DNA of 64,000 nucleotides from the NCBI GenBank assembly GCA_963716175.1, contig OY970296.1:512001-576000 (forward strand). The letters are read 5' to 3'. The DNA comes from an uncultured Armatimonadetes bacterium (GTDB taxonomy: Bacteria > Armatimonadota > Hebobacteria > Hebobacterales > Hebobacteraceae). The notes beneath the pieces are model-generated. The model saw only the letters and a list, made by a program, of their open reading frames with translations. It was not told where the DNA came from and made no database searches. The position numbers and the translations under genes were made by a program. Positions 39,383 to 48,976 of the stretch are shown one piece after another (the first letter of the stretch is position 1; each line of letters opens with the position of its first letter).

Positions 39383-39763
39383 ATGGCCTACTGCGCGCGC
39401 TGTCAGTACGAGTACCAGGAGGGGACAGCTCGTTGCCCGGACTGCGGGGCCGATCTCCTGCCGGGAGCGCTCCCGAAGGCCTCCGCGCCAACCGCCGCGA
39501 GCCAGCCCGTCCGGCTCTGCACCGTGCCGGATGTGAGCGCAGGCGACATCCTGCGCGCGGCGCTGGCGGAGCATGGTATCCCCTCCTACCTCCGGCGGCA
39601 CGGGCCTATCACCGGCGAGCTGGGCCGGGTCACCGATGGTCTCACCGAGGATTACGCCATAGTCATGGTGCCAGCCAACCGCTTGGGGGAGGCCCAGCGA
39701 GTGCTGGCTGCGATCGAGTCCGGGCCCGTGATCTGGCCCGAGGGGATGGAGCCGGAGGAGTGA
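39383..39763 (+). CDS. Zinc-ribbon plus DUF2007-like protein
   Basis: YCARCQYEY...CPDCGADL; L.EHGIP...IVMVP. Confidence 0.7.
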   Translation: MAYCARCQYEYQEGTARCPDCGADLLPGALPKASAPTAASQPVRLCTVPDVSAGDILRAALAEHGIPSYLRRHGPITGELGRVTDGLTEDYAIVMVPANRLGEAQRVLAAIESGPVIWPEGMEPEE

Positions 39764-39785
39764 CGGCCGAGTCCGGCGGCGCCCG

Positions 39786-41048
39786 ATGAGATCCAGACTG
39801 CTGAGACTACTGTGGAGCCCCCTCAGCCCCCTCGGCCTGACGCTGTTCGTGCTATCGGCGGTGATCCTGGGCGCGACCGCGGCCTATATGGGCCTCGAGG
39901 GGTGGAGCTTCCTCAATGCCCTGATCTTCGTGCTGTCCACCATCACCACCATCGGCTATGGCAACATCTACCCCTCTCACCGATCAGGGGAGATCTTCAC
40001 TGCCGCGCTGATGGTGATGGCGCTCACGTCGGTGGTAGTGCTGCTGAGCACTTTCGCCAACCGCCTGATCAACCTGGTATCCCGGGGGTTAAGTCCCATG
40101 GAGCGAAACGAGCGTGCCGTGCGCGCGCTGCAGGACCACATAGTGGTGGCGGCCACAGGTGAACTCGCCTCCCTGCTGGCCCAGAACCTGCGCGCCAAGG
40201 AGCTTCCCTTTGCCGTAATCACCGGCGACCCTGACCTTCACGCGCGCTGGTTGGAGGAGGGGGTGCCCAGTGTGCTGGGAAACCCAGATGAGGAAGAGGT
40301 GCTGCGGCGGGCCGGGATCGAGCGCGCGCGGGGCCTGATCGTGGCCCTGGATTCCGATGCCGACAATGTCTTCATGGTGCTCAGCGCGCACGACCTGAAC
40401 CCGCGCCTGCGCATCATCGGCCGCGCCCACACCGCCTCCTCCATCGTGAAGCTGCGCCGGTCGGGCGCCAATGAAGTGGTGCTGCCGGAGCAGATCACGG
40501 CCATCAACCTGGTGGACTGGTTCAAAGACCCCGCTCGCATCAGCGTCGCGGTGCGTCAGGCCATGGATGAACTGCGGGAGGCCCTACGCGCCTCCGCCGG
40601 CGCGCCGGCCAGTCTCCAGAGCCGGCCCCGGCAGGTACTGTTCCGCGCCCTACGCCTCGCGCTGCAGGAGCTGAGCCCGGATATGGATGCCACGCTCTAT
40701 GCCTTGGGGCAGCAGTTCGGGAGAGAGGCCGTGGCCCCCAACCTCTCGGGGGACCAGCTATGCCAGGTGGTGGAGGCGCTGGGCCCGCTCTGGTCCGCCG
40801 CCGGCCTTGGTCTCCTTCAGACCATCGCCTGCAACGACCAGTCTGCGCAGGTGGGCGAATCGGAGTGCGCCACGTGTGAGGGCCTGCCAGCGGTGGGCAA
40901 GCCAGTCTGCCATCTGGAGCGGGGCGTAATCACGGGTGCGCTGGAGGCGCGGCTGGGACGCACCGTGCACACGCAGGAGACCAAGTGCTGGGGCCTCGGC
41001 GACCGGGGCTGCGAGTTCCAGGTCACCGTAGACGCAGACACTCACTGA
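39786..41048 (+). CDS. 2-TM potassium channel with RCK and C-terminal V4R domain
   Basis: TITTIGYG filter; RCK (AGIERARGL...DADN); V4R (CATC...VCHLERG...ETKCWGLGDRGCEF). Confidence 0.8.
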   Translation: MRSRLLRLLWSPLSPLGLTLFVLSAVILGATAAYMGLEGWSFLNALIFVLSTITTIGYGNIYPSHRSGEIFTAALMVMALTSVVVLLSTFANRLINLVSRGLSPMERNERAVRALQDHIVVAATGELASLLAQNLRAKELPFAVITGDPDLHARWLEEGVPSVLGNPDEEEVLRRAGIERARGLIVALDSDADNVFMVLSAHDLNPRLRIIGRAHTASSIVKLRRSGANEVVLPEQITAINLVDWFKDPARISVAVRQAMDELREALRASAGAPASLQSRPRQVLFRALRLALQELSPDMDATLYALGQQFGREAVAPNLSGDQLCQVVEALGPLWSAAGLGLLQTIACNDQSAQVGESECATCEGLPAVGKPVCHLERGVITGALEARLGRTVHTQETKCWGLGDRGCEFQVTVDADTH

Positions 41049-41105
41049 CTGCGGACTGCGACTCCTCGCCGAGCGGGAGGCTTCTCCAGCCTTCTGTCCT
41101 CGCGC

Positions 41106-41558
41106 CTACCAGGTATTGTAGTTGATTCCGTCCATGGAGGCGAGGCTGCTGCTGCTGTGAACCGCGCCAGTCGAGTTGTCGTAGTTCCAGTCCCGGGCCC
41201 CGGTGAACGGGTCTGCCGGGATCTGGGCATCGCCGGTCTGAAGGTAGGGCCCGTCGTAGGCACTCCGGTCCACCCAGCCGCCGTTGCCATCCGAGTCCCC
41301 GCTGATCGCGTCCCCCGAGGCGGCCATGACATCGGTGAGGGCGGGAGGCCAGGCGGCGGTGGTACCCTCAAATCGTTCGACTGCGTCTCGGAGCTGCTTC
41401 AGGTTGCCCCGTAATTGTGCCTCTTTTGCAAATCGCCGAGCGGCCATGGCCCGCGGTATCACTAGCATGCTCAGGATCGCTATCACGGTGATAACGATCA
41501 GCACTTCGATCAACGTGAAACCGCGGCGGCGACGGCCTGCCCAGCCAATCGTCACCAC
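41106..41558 (-). CDS. Prepilin/GspG-like type II secretion pseudopilin
   Basis: RRGFTLIEVLIVITVIAIL; GPYL...IPADPF. Confidence 0.8.
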   Translation of the reverse strand: MVTIGWAGRRRRGFTLIEVLIVITVIAILSMLVIPRAMAARRFAKEAQLRGNLKQLRDAVERFEGTTAAWPPALTDVMAASGDAISGDSDGNGGWVDRSAYDGPYLQTGDAQIPADPFTGARDWNYDNSTGAVHSSSSLASMDGINYNTW

Positions 41559-41755
41559 AATGCAACCTCACATTCTATCCCCATGCGGTTATTCCACACC
41601 AGCAAGCAGACCCTACCATAGGCGCGGGGCGCGATGGGCCACATTTGCCCCCAGGAGCGCTCTGGCGGCCTTCTGCCCGCGATCCCGGTCGGCCCCAAGG
41701 AAGCGCGGGAGCTGGGCTCGAAACCTGGGAGCAGTCTTGGCCAAGGAGCTCAGCG

Positions 41756-42316
41756 GTGGCGAAATCCGGCCTCTCCTGCACCTTTGCGGCGATCCTGAGC
41801 GAAATCGGAGGCACGCTGGCCCAGGTCAGCGCCCAGCAGGTGGAGGCGCTGGGGGAGGCGATGGCCCACGCCGGCGCGGTCTTCACCACCGGCGAGGGGC
41901 GCTCCGGCCTGGTGGGCCGGTGCTTCGCCATGCGGCTGATGCACTTGGGCCTGAAGGCGCACGTGGTGGGAGAGGCGATGGCGCCTGCTGTCCGGGCGAG
42001 TGACCTGCTGGTGGCCATCTCGGGCTCGGGGGAGACGGCTGTAACCTGTCTACTGGCTTCCCAAGCGAAGAAACAGGGGGCTCGGGTGGCCGCCCTCACT
42101 GCCGCCGCCGACTCGCCGCTCGCCGCCACCGCCGATGTAGTCATATTGGTGCCCGCGCCGACCAAGGAACAGGCCGCAGCCGCGTCCATGCAGCACGGCG
42201 GCTCGCTCTTCGAGCAGAGCGCCCTGATCCTGCTCGACGCCATCGCCCTTCAGCTTCAGCGCCGCCTGCATCAGACTGATGAGCAGATGCGAGCGCGCCA
42301 TGCCAACCTGGAGTAG
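41756..42316 (+). CDS. hxlB: 6-phospho-3-hexuloisomerase (SIS domain)
   Basis: GEGRSGL, FAMRLMHLG, ISGSGET, GSLFEQ, RHANLE. Confidence 0.88.
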   Translation: MAKSGLSCTFAAILSEIGGTLAQVSAQQVEALGEAMAHAGAVFTTGEGRSGLVGRCFAMRLMHLGLKAHVVGEAMAPAVRASDLLVAISGSGETAVTCLLASQAKKQGARVAALTAAADSPLAATADVVILVPAPTKEQAAAASMQHGGSLFEQSALILLDAIALQLQRRLHQTDEQMRARHANLE

Positions 42317-42600
42317 CGCGCCGCGCCCACAGGGAAGATCGGCGCTACGGGCGGCACGCTCCGCGAATAGCGAGCCCTGCCCCCCTGGCTGTTGGCGAGG
42401 CGGAGCAGGGGCACAGCACCAACCAGGCAGGGCAGGGCTCAAAGCGGGACTAGGCCAAAGCAGAACGCCCCTCCTTTTCGGGGAAGGGCGCTCCTGGCCC
42501 GCGCCTCGTACGTGCTGGACGAGAACGCTATGCGAACACGGACACTCCGCCCGTGAATCAGGTGATTTTCTTCTCAGAACGGGTCGAGGTCAACAGCGAG

Positions 42601-42789
42601 TCAGAGACATTTGTTGCTTTGTTGCATCACGGCTGGTGCAAAACCTCCCAACCTGCCCTGCGTCACCCTGGGCGGCGGGGCGGGCGGAACGGCGTAGAAG
42701 AGCCGGTACAGCGCCACCAGAGCGAGGAGCAACAGGATCAGGATGATCACGAGACGGGCGACACTGGCCCTGCGGCCACGGGATCTCAT
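42601..42789 (-). CDS. Small single-TM protein
   Basis: ATGA overlap with upstream LysM gene; strong hydrophobic stretch. Confidence 0.45.
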   Translation of the reverse strand: MRSRGRRASVARLVIILILLLLALVALYRLFYAVPPAPPPRVTQGRLGGFAPAVMQQSNKCL

Positions 42790-43700
42790 GGCACTATCTC
42801 CGGCCGCTGCCGGCGAGGCCTGACCGTGGCGGTCTTCGCAGGCGGCCGTTCCCTGGAGATGACATCGCGGCTCACCTCTACCCCGTTCTCGTAGGTCACT
42901 CGCAGCGTCCTGCTTATCCCAGGGCCCAGCTCTTCCTTGATATCCTTGCGGGCGATTACCGTAAGGGGTGGAAGCTCACCCGGGATCTTCAGCTCATCGC
43001 CGGCGCGAATCCGGTCCAGGTTCACTCCCGGATTAGCCGCCTTCAGGCGACTTAGTGGGACATGGGCATCGAGCGCAATCTTCCAGGCGGTCTCGCCTGG
43101 CTTCACCTCATGGCTCCCCTTGGGCGCGGCCGCCTGCATGATCCTCTGCACCGCAGCGCTCGGGGAGTCTGCGAAGCGGTCCGCCGGGACCGGCCTGCTC
43201 TCGATCTTCACCGTCTCCTTGAAGGCCGCCTGGACATCGGGGCCAGAAGGGGACAGCTCCTTCAACAAGCCGGACAGCGCCTGCAGGGCCTCGTTCCGCG
43301 TGGGCAACCCTGCCACCAGCTCCCCGTTCACCAGGATCGCTGAGGCCTGGACCACTGGCTGCAGCTTGGCGGCCAGGATCGCCATCGCCTCAGCATCGGA
43401 GAGCACCCGCTGGCCCGCGGCGGGCGCGGAGAGAAGCGTGACCCGGTGGGAGAAGGTGACGTCACCGGGAAGGCCGGAGCTGCCCTTGATCTCGTTCAGC
43501 AGACGGTCAGCATCACCGCGGCTCCTCACCACCGCGATCGGGCGGCCGTCAACCGCAATCAGTGTGACCCGACGTGTCCCCAGTTTCCCGGAATGGAAGG
43601 CCAACAGCAGCCCCAGGATGATGAGGAAGACTACCCGCTCGATCCAGAGTCGCCGAGAGAGAGTCCGTATCCGGCTATCAGCGCGGCCTTCGGTGTCCAT
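42786..43700 (-). CDS. Membrane-anchored LysM domain protein
   Basis: HEVKPGETAWKIA...LKAANP...IRAGDELKIP; G5-like tail VTYENGVEVSR. Confidence 0.75.
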   Translation of the reverse strand: MDTEGRADSRIRTLSRRLWIERVVFLIILGLLLAFHSGKLGTRRVTLIAVDGRPIAVVRSRGDADRLLNEIKGSSGLPGDVTFSHRVTLLSAPAAGQRVLSDAEAMAILAAKLQPVVQASAILVNGELVAGLPTRNEALQALSGLLKELSPSGPDVQAAFKETVKIESRPVPADRFADSPSAAVQRIMQAAAPKGSHEVKPGETAWKIALDAHVPLSRLKAANPGVNLDRIRAGDELKIPGELPPLTVIARKDIKEELGPGISRTLRVTYENGVEVSRDVISRERPPAKTATVRPRRQRPEIVP

Positions 43701-43703
43701 TCG

Positions 43704-45461
43704 TTACCTTTGGGCCGGTCGGTCCACCCGCGCCCACCAGTCGGGATTCAAGTCCGGGAAGATGGAATCCCGGAGCTGGCATTCGCTGAGAAAGCTCTCC
43801 TCTTGCGAGGTCAGGCTCTCCCCGCGGGCCCGCCGGCGAGCCATCTCGGCCAACCGCGCGAAGGCGTCATGATGGAAGGCGGCGCGCCGCTCCGCATAGT
43901 CTCGCGCCGTCCAGGTCGAGATCAAGAAAGGCCAGTCCGAGGCCTCCAGCAGGAGCAACTCCCTGGCCGCCTGGGCCACGATGCGCGCGAGCAGTCCATC
44001 TCCGGTATGGGAGGCCAGCTCCGCCAGCTGCGGCATCTCGGCCTCTCCGTGGTAGATGTTACGCCAGATCCAGGAAGTCCACTCGTTCAGCCAGATCCAG
44101 TGGAACCCGCCCTGCCCCCAAGAGCTCTCGGGGAGGGAAACCGCGGCCTCCGGCGTATGGGCCTCGAGGTATTCGGAACAGGTGACGAGGTCGACGCGGG
44201 GATCGAGGCTGACGGCTTTCAGCACGCGGTAGAGCCAGGCTGGCCCCTCGAACCACCAGTGCCCGAAGAGCTCGGCATCATAGGGAGCGCAGAGGATGCC
44301 GTACTTGCCGGTGCGGGCCTGGTGGCCGCAGATCAGGTCGTGCACCAGTGAGCAGAAATGGTCGGCATTCTCGGGAACCCGCTCTTGCGCGCGCTGCGGC
44401 TGGTAGGGTTCCTTCGCGCCCAGGTCTGACGACGAGGAGGTGACGCGCCAATAGCGATGGCCGCCGGGGGAATGCTTCTTGTGGAAATCCAGGTACCAGC
44501 CATCACCCGGGTAGCCGTGCTCGCCGCTCCAGACCTGGATGCCGGTGCGCTCGTCGCGTGTGAAGATCGCCGCTGGCGGACGATCTTCGGCCGCGGAGGA
44601 GACGAGATAGACCTGATAGGGTGATTTCTCCATCTCCACGGGGCCCGGCCGATAGCTGGCGCGGAATTGCTCCCAGAGGCGCTGCAGCCCAGGGAACCGC
44701 TCCATGTAGACGCCCACCGCGGCCCCTCCCAGCAGGGTGGCAGTGTCCACGATGAAGTACTCAATGCCGTTCTCGGCCAGGAACTCCTCCACTCCCTTCC
44801 GGAGATGGGGCTGCTGTGGTCCCGCATCCGGCAGGGGCGAGGCCCACTCATAGCGGGGCCGGTAGCCGCACTCCGGCAGCCAGAAGCCCCGGGGCGGCCG
44901 GCCGAAGAGCCGCTGGTAGGCGGACACCGCTTGCTTGATCTGCCCCTGGACGCTCTCATCCCGGCCCAGCAGCGGCAGATAGCCATGCGTGGCCGCGGAG
45001 GTGATGATATCTATGTGACCTCCGTCCTGAAGCCGCCGGAAGGCGGCGATCAAGTCGCTCCGATACTGATCGCGAAAGCTCCGGCCAATGCTGGCGAAGT
45101 GCTCTCGCCACATCTCGGCCAGGTCGGCGAGGTGGGGCTGGCGCTGCCGCTGGAACTCGTCTCGGTTCTGCGCGGCGCTGCGGCCTCTCTGCTCCAGGTA
45201 GTCGGCGAACTGGCTCCTGAAATCGGGGTCGGCGAGCTGCTCGGCGAGAATGGGCGTGATGCCCATGGTGACCTTGGGCGAGACGCCCTCCTCCACCAGC
45301 CGGTCGAACGTCTGCAGCAGTGGCAGATAGCTCTCTGCCGCGCATTCGAAGAGCATGTCGGACCCATGAGGCCAGGTGCCGTGGGTCAGGACGTAGGGCA
45401 GGTGCCCATGGAGCACGAAGGTGAAAGCACCGGCGGCGGAAGGTGAGGAAGTGCTCGCCAC
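43704..45461 (-). CDS. GH57 1,4-alpha-glucan branching enzyme (DUF1957)
   Basis: VLHGHLPYV, ESYLPLL, ATHGYLP, WLPECGY, PYDAELFGHWWFEG, ASDWPF. Confidence 0.9.
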   Translation of the reverse strand: MASTSSPSAAGAFTFVLHGHLPYVLTHGTWPHGSDMLFECAAESYLPLLQTFDRLVEEGVSPKVTMGITPILAEQLADPDFRSQFADYLEQRGRSAAQNRDEFQRQRQPHLADLAEMWREHFASIGRSFRDQYRSDLIAAFRRLQDGGHIDIITSAATHGYLPLLGRDESVQGQIKQAVSAYQRLFGRPPRGFWLPECGYRPRYEWASPLPDAGPQQPHLRKGVEEFLAENGIEYFIVDTATLLGGAAVGVYMERFPGLQRLWEQFRASYRPGPVEMEKSPYQVYLVSSAAEDRPPAAIFTRDERTGIQVWSGEHGYPGDGWYLDFHKKHSPGGHRYWRVTSSSSDLGAKEPYQPQRAQERVPENADHFCSLVHDLICGHQARTGKYGILCAPYDAELFGHWWFEGPAWLYRVLKAVSLDPRVDLVTCSEYLEAHTPEAAVSLPESSWGQGGFHWIWLNEWTSWIWRNIYHGEAEMPQLAELASHTGDGLLARIVAQAARELLLLEASDWPFLISTWTARDYAERRAAFHHDAFARLAEMARRRARGESLTSQEESFLSECQLRDSIFPDLNPDWWARVDRPAQR

Positions 45462-45476
45462 GTCAGAAGTCTCCTT

Positions 45477-45579
45477 CTAGTGATGTTCCTATACCGAAGC
45501 AATGGACGCCGGGCTTCCCAGCGCCCTCGGAGGCGCCCCGAGGGGTTTCGCCATCACTTCGTTCGGCGAAACCCGTTAG
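45477..45579 (-). repeat. 103-bp CTAR-bounded palindromic element, copy 1
   Basis: Ungapped reverse-complement match to 60022-60124. Confidence 0.8.
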
Positions 45580-47516
45580 CTCTCTGGCTTCGGGATGGAC
45601 GGCAGCCCATCCAGCAGCAGGGCGGCCAGCACGAAGTTCGCCATGGTCCAGGCGTGGGGCGCCGCCCAATGGCCGCCCGGGCCGGGCCCCATCATCTCGG
45701 GCAGCAGGCCGGTGGAGGTGCCAGCGGCGAGCACTGCGCGCAGACAGGCGACGGCACGGGAGTGGTAGGCGCGTGCCCGCTCTGCTTGCCCGCGGTAAGC
45801 AAGTGATAGCTTGAGCAGCACCCGAGCCAGCCAGATGGTGGTGAGGGCGCCAGGGCCCCCGCCGGCGTACTGGTCACCCTCGAACCGGCGGAGAGCATCC
45901 GCGCCGTTGACGCGCTCGCCCAGCCGGCGCACCAACTCCTCCACGCAAGTGCGCGCCATCTCCCGCTGTTGCGGGTCGTTCAGGTCGAGGAACTCGAAGG
46001 GCACGATCAGGCCCAGCGCGGAGGCGTCTACCCCGGGGTCCACCCGGCCATTGGTGTCCAGCCCCCGGGCGAAGACCGACCCCAACCAGAGCCGCGACAT
46101 CACCGCCTGCCTGATGCCAGATGCCACCTTCTCCCACTCCCGCGCCACCGTGGTCTGGCCCGCCCCGCGCGCCAGGAAGGCCCCCTCCATCAGGGCCGCG
46201 CTGATGGCCGCGTTGGAGTAGGTGAAGCTGCCGCGGGAGATCTCCCACAGGTCAAAGGCCGTCTTATGGAGGCCGCTGTCGGCATCGATCTGGCTGGTCA
46301 GATAGCGGCCGGCGCGGAGCGCCGAATCCCAGAGCTCGGCCAGGTAGCCGGGCCACTCGCTCTCCGCCAGCGTCCGGGCATGGCGACCCAGAGCGAACAG
46401 CACCGAGGCGGTCTGGTCAATCTGAAGCCGATCTTGCTCCGTGCACCAGGCCGGCCCTCTCTCCCCGCTCAGCCAATAGCGCTGCTCCCAGTAGCCCTCC
46501 GGCCGCTGAGTCCGCCGCGTCCAGGCGAGAAATGGGGCCATGTACCTGCGATAGCCCGCGGCCTCCAGGGCCAGGCACACCTCCACCGCATCCCGGGGCC
46601 AGCAGTAGCCGTAGCCGCCGGAGCGCTCGAAGGCCGGGTCGAACTCGGGAGCGGCGAGCACGGAGCCGGTATCCGCGTCCACCAGCAGATCGAGCGCGAG
46701 CAGGCTGCGGCAGTAGGCCTCGCGCAGGTCAGGATCAACCTGGACCTGGCGGCCCGCGGAGACATACTCCTCCCAGCGGTGACGCGCCCAGCGCAGCAGC
46801 GCCTCCCACCCCAGGTTGCGGTAGGCCAGAGCGCGCTCCTCCGCCGCCGGTTCGTTGGCATCGGCCGCGATGATGAGATCGTGGACCACCCGCTCACCTG
46901 GCGCCAGCGATAGGCTCCAGCCCACCGCCAGGTCAATATCCCCAATCTCCTCCTGCTGCCGATTCAGCTGTCCAGCTTCCATCTGTTCCTTGGCGCTATT
47001 GGGCTCGTGGGCGCGGCCACAGCCGTACTCATCGAGAGCGTCGGCGGCGATGGCAAGACAGATGTGGCGCCAGTAGGCGACGGCAGTGGCGTCCTCGGGA
47101 TGGTAGTGGATGGCGTTCTTGCGCTGCACTTCGCCGAGTTGCAGATCCAGGTACTGGAACAGCTTAGCGCGCAGGGGCCGGTCCTTCGAGTTGCTGGCCT
47201 CGAACCGGCGAAACAGCGCCGGCTCCGTGGGATGCACGAAATCGGTGATCTTGAGCGAGAGGCCGCTGCCACTGTGCCGGAGCTGAGTCTCCACCACATT
47301 GGTGCGATCCAGGTAGCGCTGTGTTCCCTCCCAGGAGGGATCGAAGGTCCAGACGAGACGGCCGGTAGCGGGGAAGTAGACCGCCGGCATGCCTTCATTC
47401 AGGTTCTGGGGAAAGTCAATGTGGGGGTAGAAGAGACTCATGAGCTCGCCCTTTGCACCCAGGGTGGCGAGGACGTGCGAGTTGCCGACCATGGCATTGG
47501 GCTGATAGACAGGCAA
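45576..47516 (-). CDS. GH15 glucoamylase-like glycoside hydrolase
   Basis: YGYCWPRDA, QIDQTA, DLWE, GLLPEM motifs. Confidence 0.85.
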   Translation of the reverse strand: MPVYQPNAMVGNSHVLATLGAKGELMSLFYPHIDFPQNLNEGMPAVYFPATGRLVWTFDPSWEGTQRYLDRTNVVETQLRHSGSGLSLKITDFVHPTEPALFRRFEASNSKDRPLRAKLFQYLDLQLGEVQRKNAIHYHPEDATAVAYWRHICLAIAADALDEYGCGRAHEPNSAKEQMEAGQLNRQQEEIGDIDLAVGWSLSLAPGERVVHDLIIAADANEPAAEERALAYRNLGWEALLRWARHRWEEYVSAGRQVQVDPDLREAYCRSLLALDLLVDADTGSVLAAPEFDPAFERSGGYGYCWPRDAVEVCLALEAAGYRRYMAPFLAWTRRTQRPEGYWEQRYWLSGERGPAWCTEQDRLQIDQTASVLFALGRHARTLAESEWPGYLAELWDSALRAGRYLTSQIDADSGLHKTAFDLWEISRGSFTYSNAAISAALMEGAFLARGAGQTTVAREWEKVASGIRQAVMSRLWLGSVFARGLDTNGRVDPGVDASALGLIVPFEFLDLNDPQQREMARTCVEELVRRLGERVNGADALRRFEGDQYAGGGPGALTTIWLARVLLKLSLAYRGQAERARAYHSRAVACLRAVLAAGTSTGLLPEMMGPGPGGHWAAPHAWTMANFVLAALLLDGLPSIPKPES

Positions 47517-47522
47517 GGCGAG

Positions 47523-48970
47523 CTAGCTCCGATGGCGCTCCAAGGCGCGCTGGTAGAGTCGGACATAGGCCTGGGCCGATCGGCCCCAGGAGAAGTCGCA
47601 GGCCATGGCGTTCTGGATCAGCCGCTGCCGCGCGGGCTGCGCCTTCATAGTGAGCAAGGCCCGGGCGATGGCGCCGAACAGGCCCACCGCGGTGTGCTCC
47701 CGGAAGGAGAAGCCATTTCCCTCCCCGGCGGTCGGGTTGAAGTCGGTGATAGTGTCGGCCAGCCCGCCGGTGTGCCGGACGATAGGGATGGTGCCGTAGC
47801 GGAGGCTGATCATCTGCCCCAGACCGCAGGGCTCATAGTGCGAGGGCATGAGGAAGAAGTCAGCGCCCGCGTAGATCTGGTGGGCGAGCGCATTGTCGAA
47901 CCCCAACACCAGCCCGAGCTTGGTCGGGAAGCGCTTGGCGAGATTCGCCAACAGGGCATGATACTGCTGCTCGCCGGTGCCGAGCAGTGCGAACTGCACG
48001 TCGAGCTGAAGCAGATGAGGCATGACCTCGGCCAGGATGTCCAGGCCTTTCTGCCCTGCCAGCCGCGAGACCAGGCCGAAGACCGGCACGTCTGGCCGCT
48101 CCGGCAGCCCCAGCCGCCCTTGCAGCGCGACCTTGTTCGTCGCCTTGGGCTCCAAGTTGTCCCGCTCGTAGTTGGCCGCTAACAGCGGATCGGTCGCTGG
48201 GTTCCACTCCTCGTAGTCAATGCCGTTCAACACCCCGAACAGGTCGCCCTGTCGCTTCGCCAGCACCCCTTCCAGCCGCTCTCCGTACTCCGGCGTCTGA
48301 ATCTCGCGGCTGTAGGTCTGGCTGACTGTGCTCAGCAGGTCGGCAAAGATCAGGCCGCCCTTCATCAGACTCACCTGGCCATAGAACTCCAGCCCGTTCA
48401 TGGTGAACAAGGAACGGTCGAGGCCTACTTTGGCCAGGGCCTCGGGGTCGAATACCCCCTGGTAGCCGAGATTGTGGACCGTGTACAGGGTGGCGATGGG
48501 CGCGAGCGTCCGGTCGCTCCTGTACTTGGTCTTCAGGTAAACTGGCAGCAGGCCGGTCTGCCAGTCATTGACGTGGATGACCTGGGGTCGCCAGTCATCC
48601 CGGCGCAGGAATTCCAGCACGGCGCGGCAGAACAGCGCGAAGCGCTCAGCATCGTCGGGCTCACCATACACCTGCTTGCGCGCAAACTGCTTCGGGCTGT
48701 TCACCAGGTAGGCCTTCACTCCCGGGATGGCCTCGCTCACCTCCATGCTGACCGAGGTTGCCTTGCCGGCGAGCGGCACATCGAAGGGAGCGGCCACCTT
48801 CTTGCTCGCGATCTGCTTAGAGTCTATGCTGGCATACTTGGGGAGGGCCACCCGGACCTCGTGGCCCAGGGCGACGAGAGCTTTCGGCAGGGCCCCGGCC
48901 ACATCGGCCAGGCCCCTGTCTTGACAAACGGCACCACCTCGGAGGCGCAGAGCAGGATCCTCAAGCTCAT
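47523..48970 (-). CDS. glgA: Glycogen synthase; frameshift near 48915
   Basis: SEVVPFVKTG(G)LADVAGALP split at a G-run; HVNDWQT, TVHNLGYQG, MPSHYEPCGLGQ. Confidence 0.92.
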
Positions 48971-48976
48971 GGTCGT

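Noticed and set aside
41588-41597. DnaA-box-like sequences (also near 50099 and 51628)
   Set aside because: Isolated, imperfect matches with no cluster or AT-rich unwinding element.
45477-45579. 103-bp repeat as an integron attC site or HDV-like ribozyme
   Set aside because: TAAC is present but there is no RYYYAAC/GTTRRRY pair or cassette array, and the helix order does not fit the HDV fold.
2375-48970. Frameshifts near 2500, 8160, 9253, 29248, 34860, 36730 and 48915 as programmed frameshifting or pseudogenes
   Set aside because: They hit unrelated, otherwise intact genes, several at G/C runs (e.g. glgA KTGG), with no shared slippery motif; sequencing indels are the simpler explanation. Reads would settle it.
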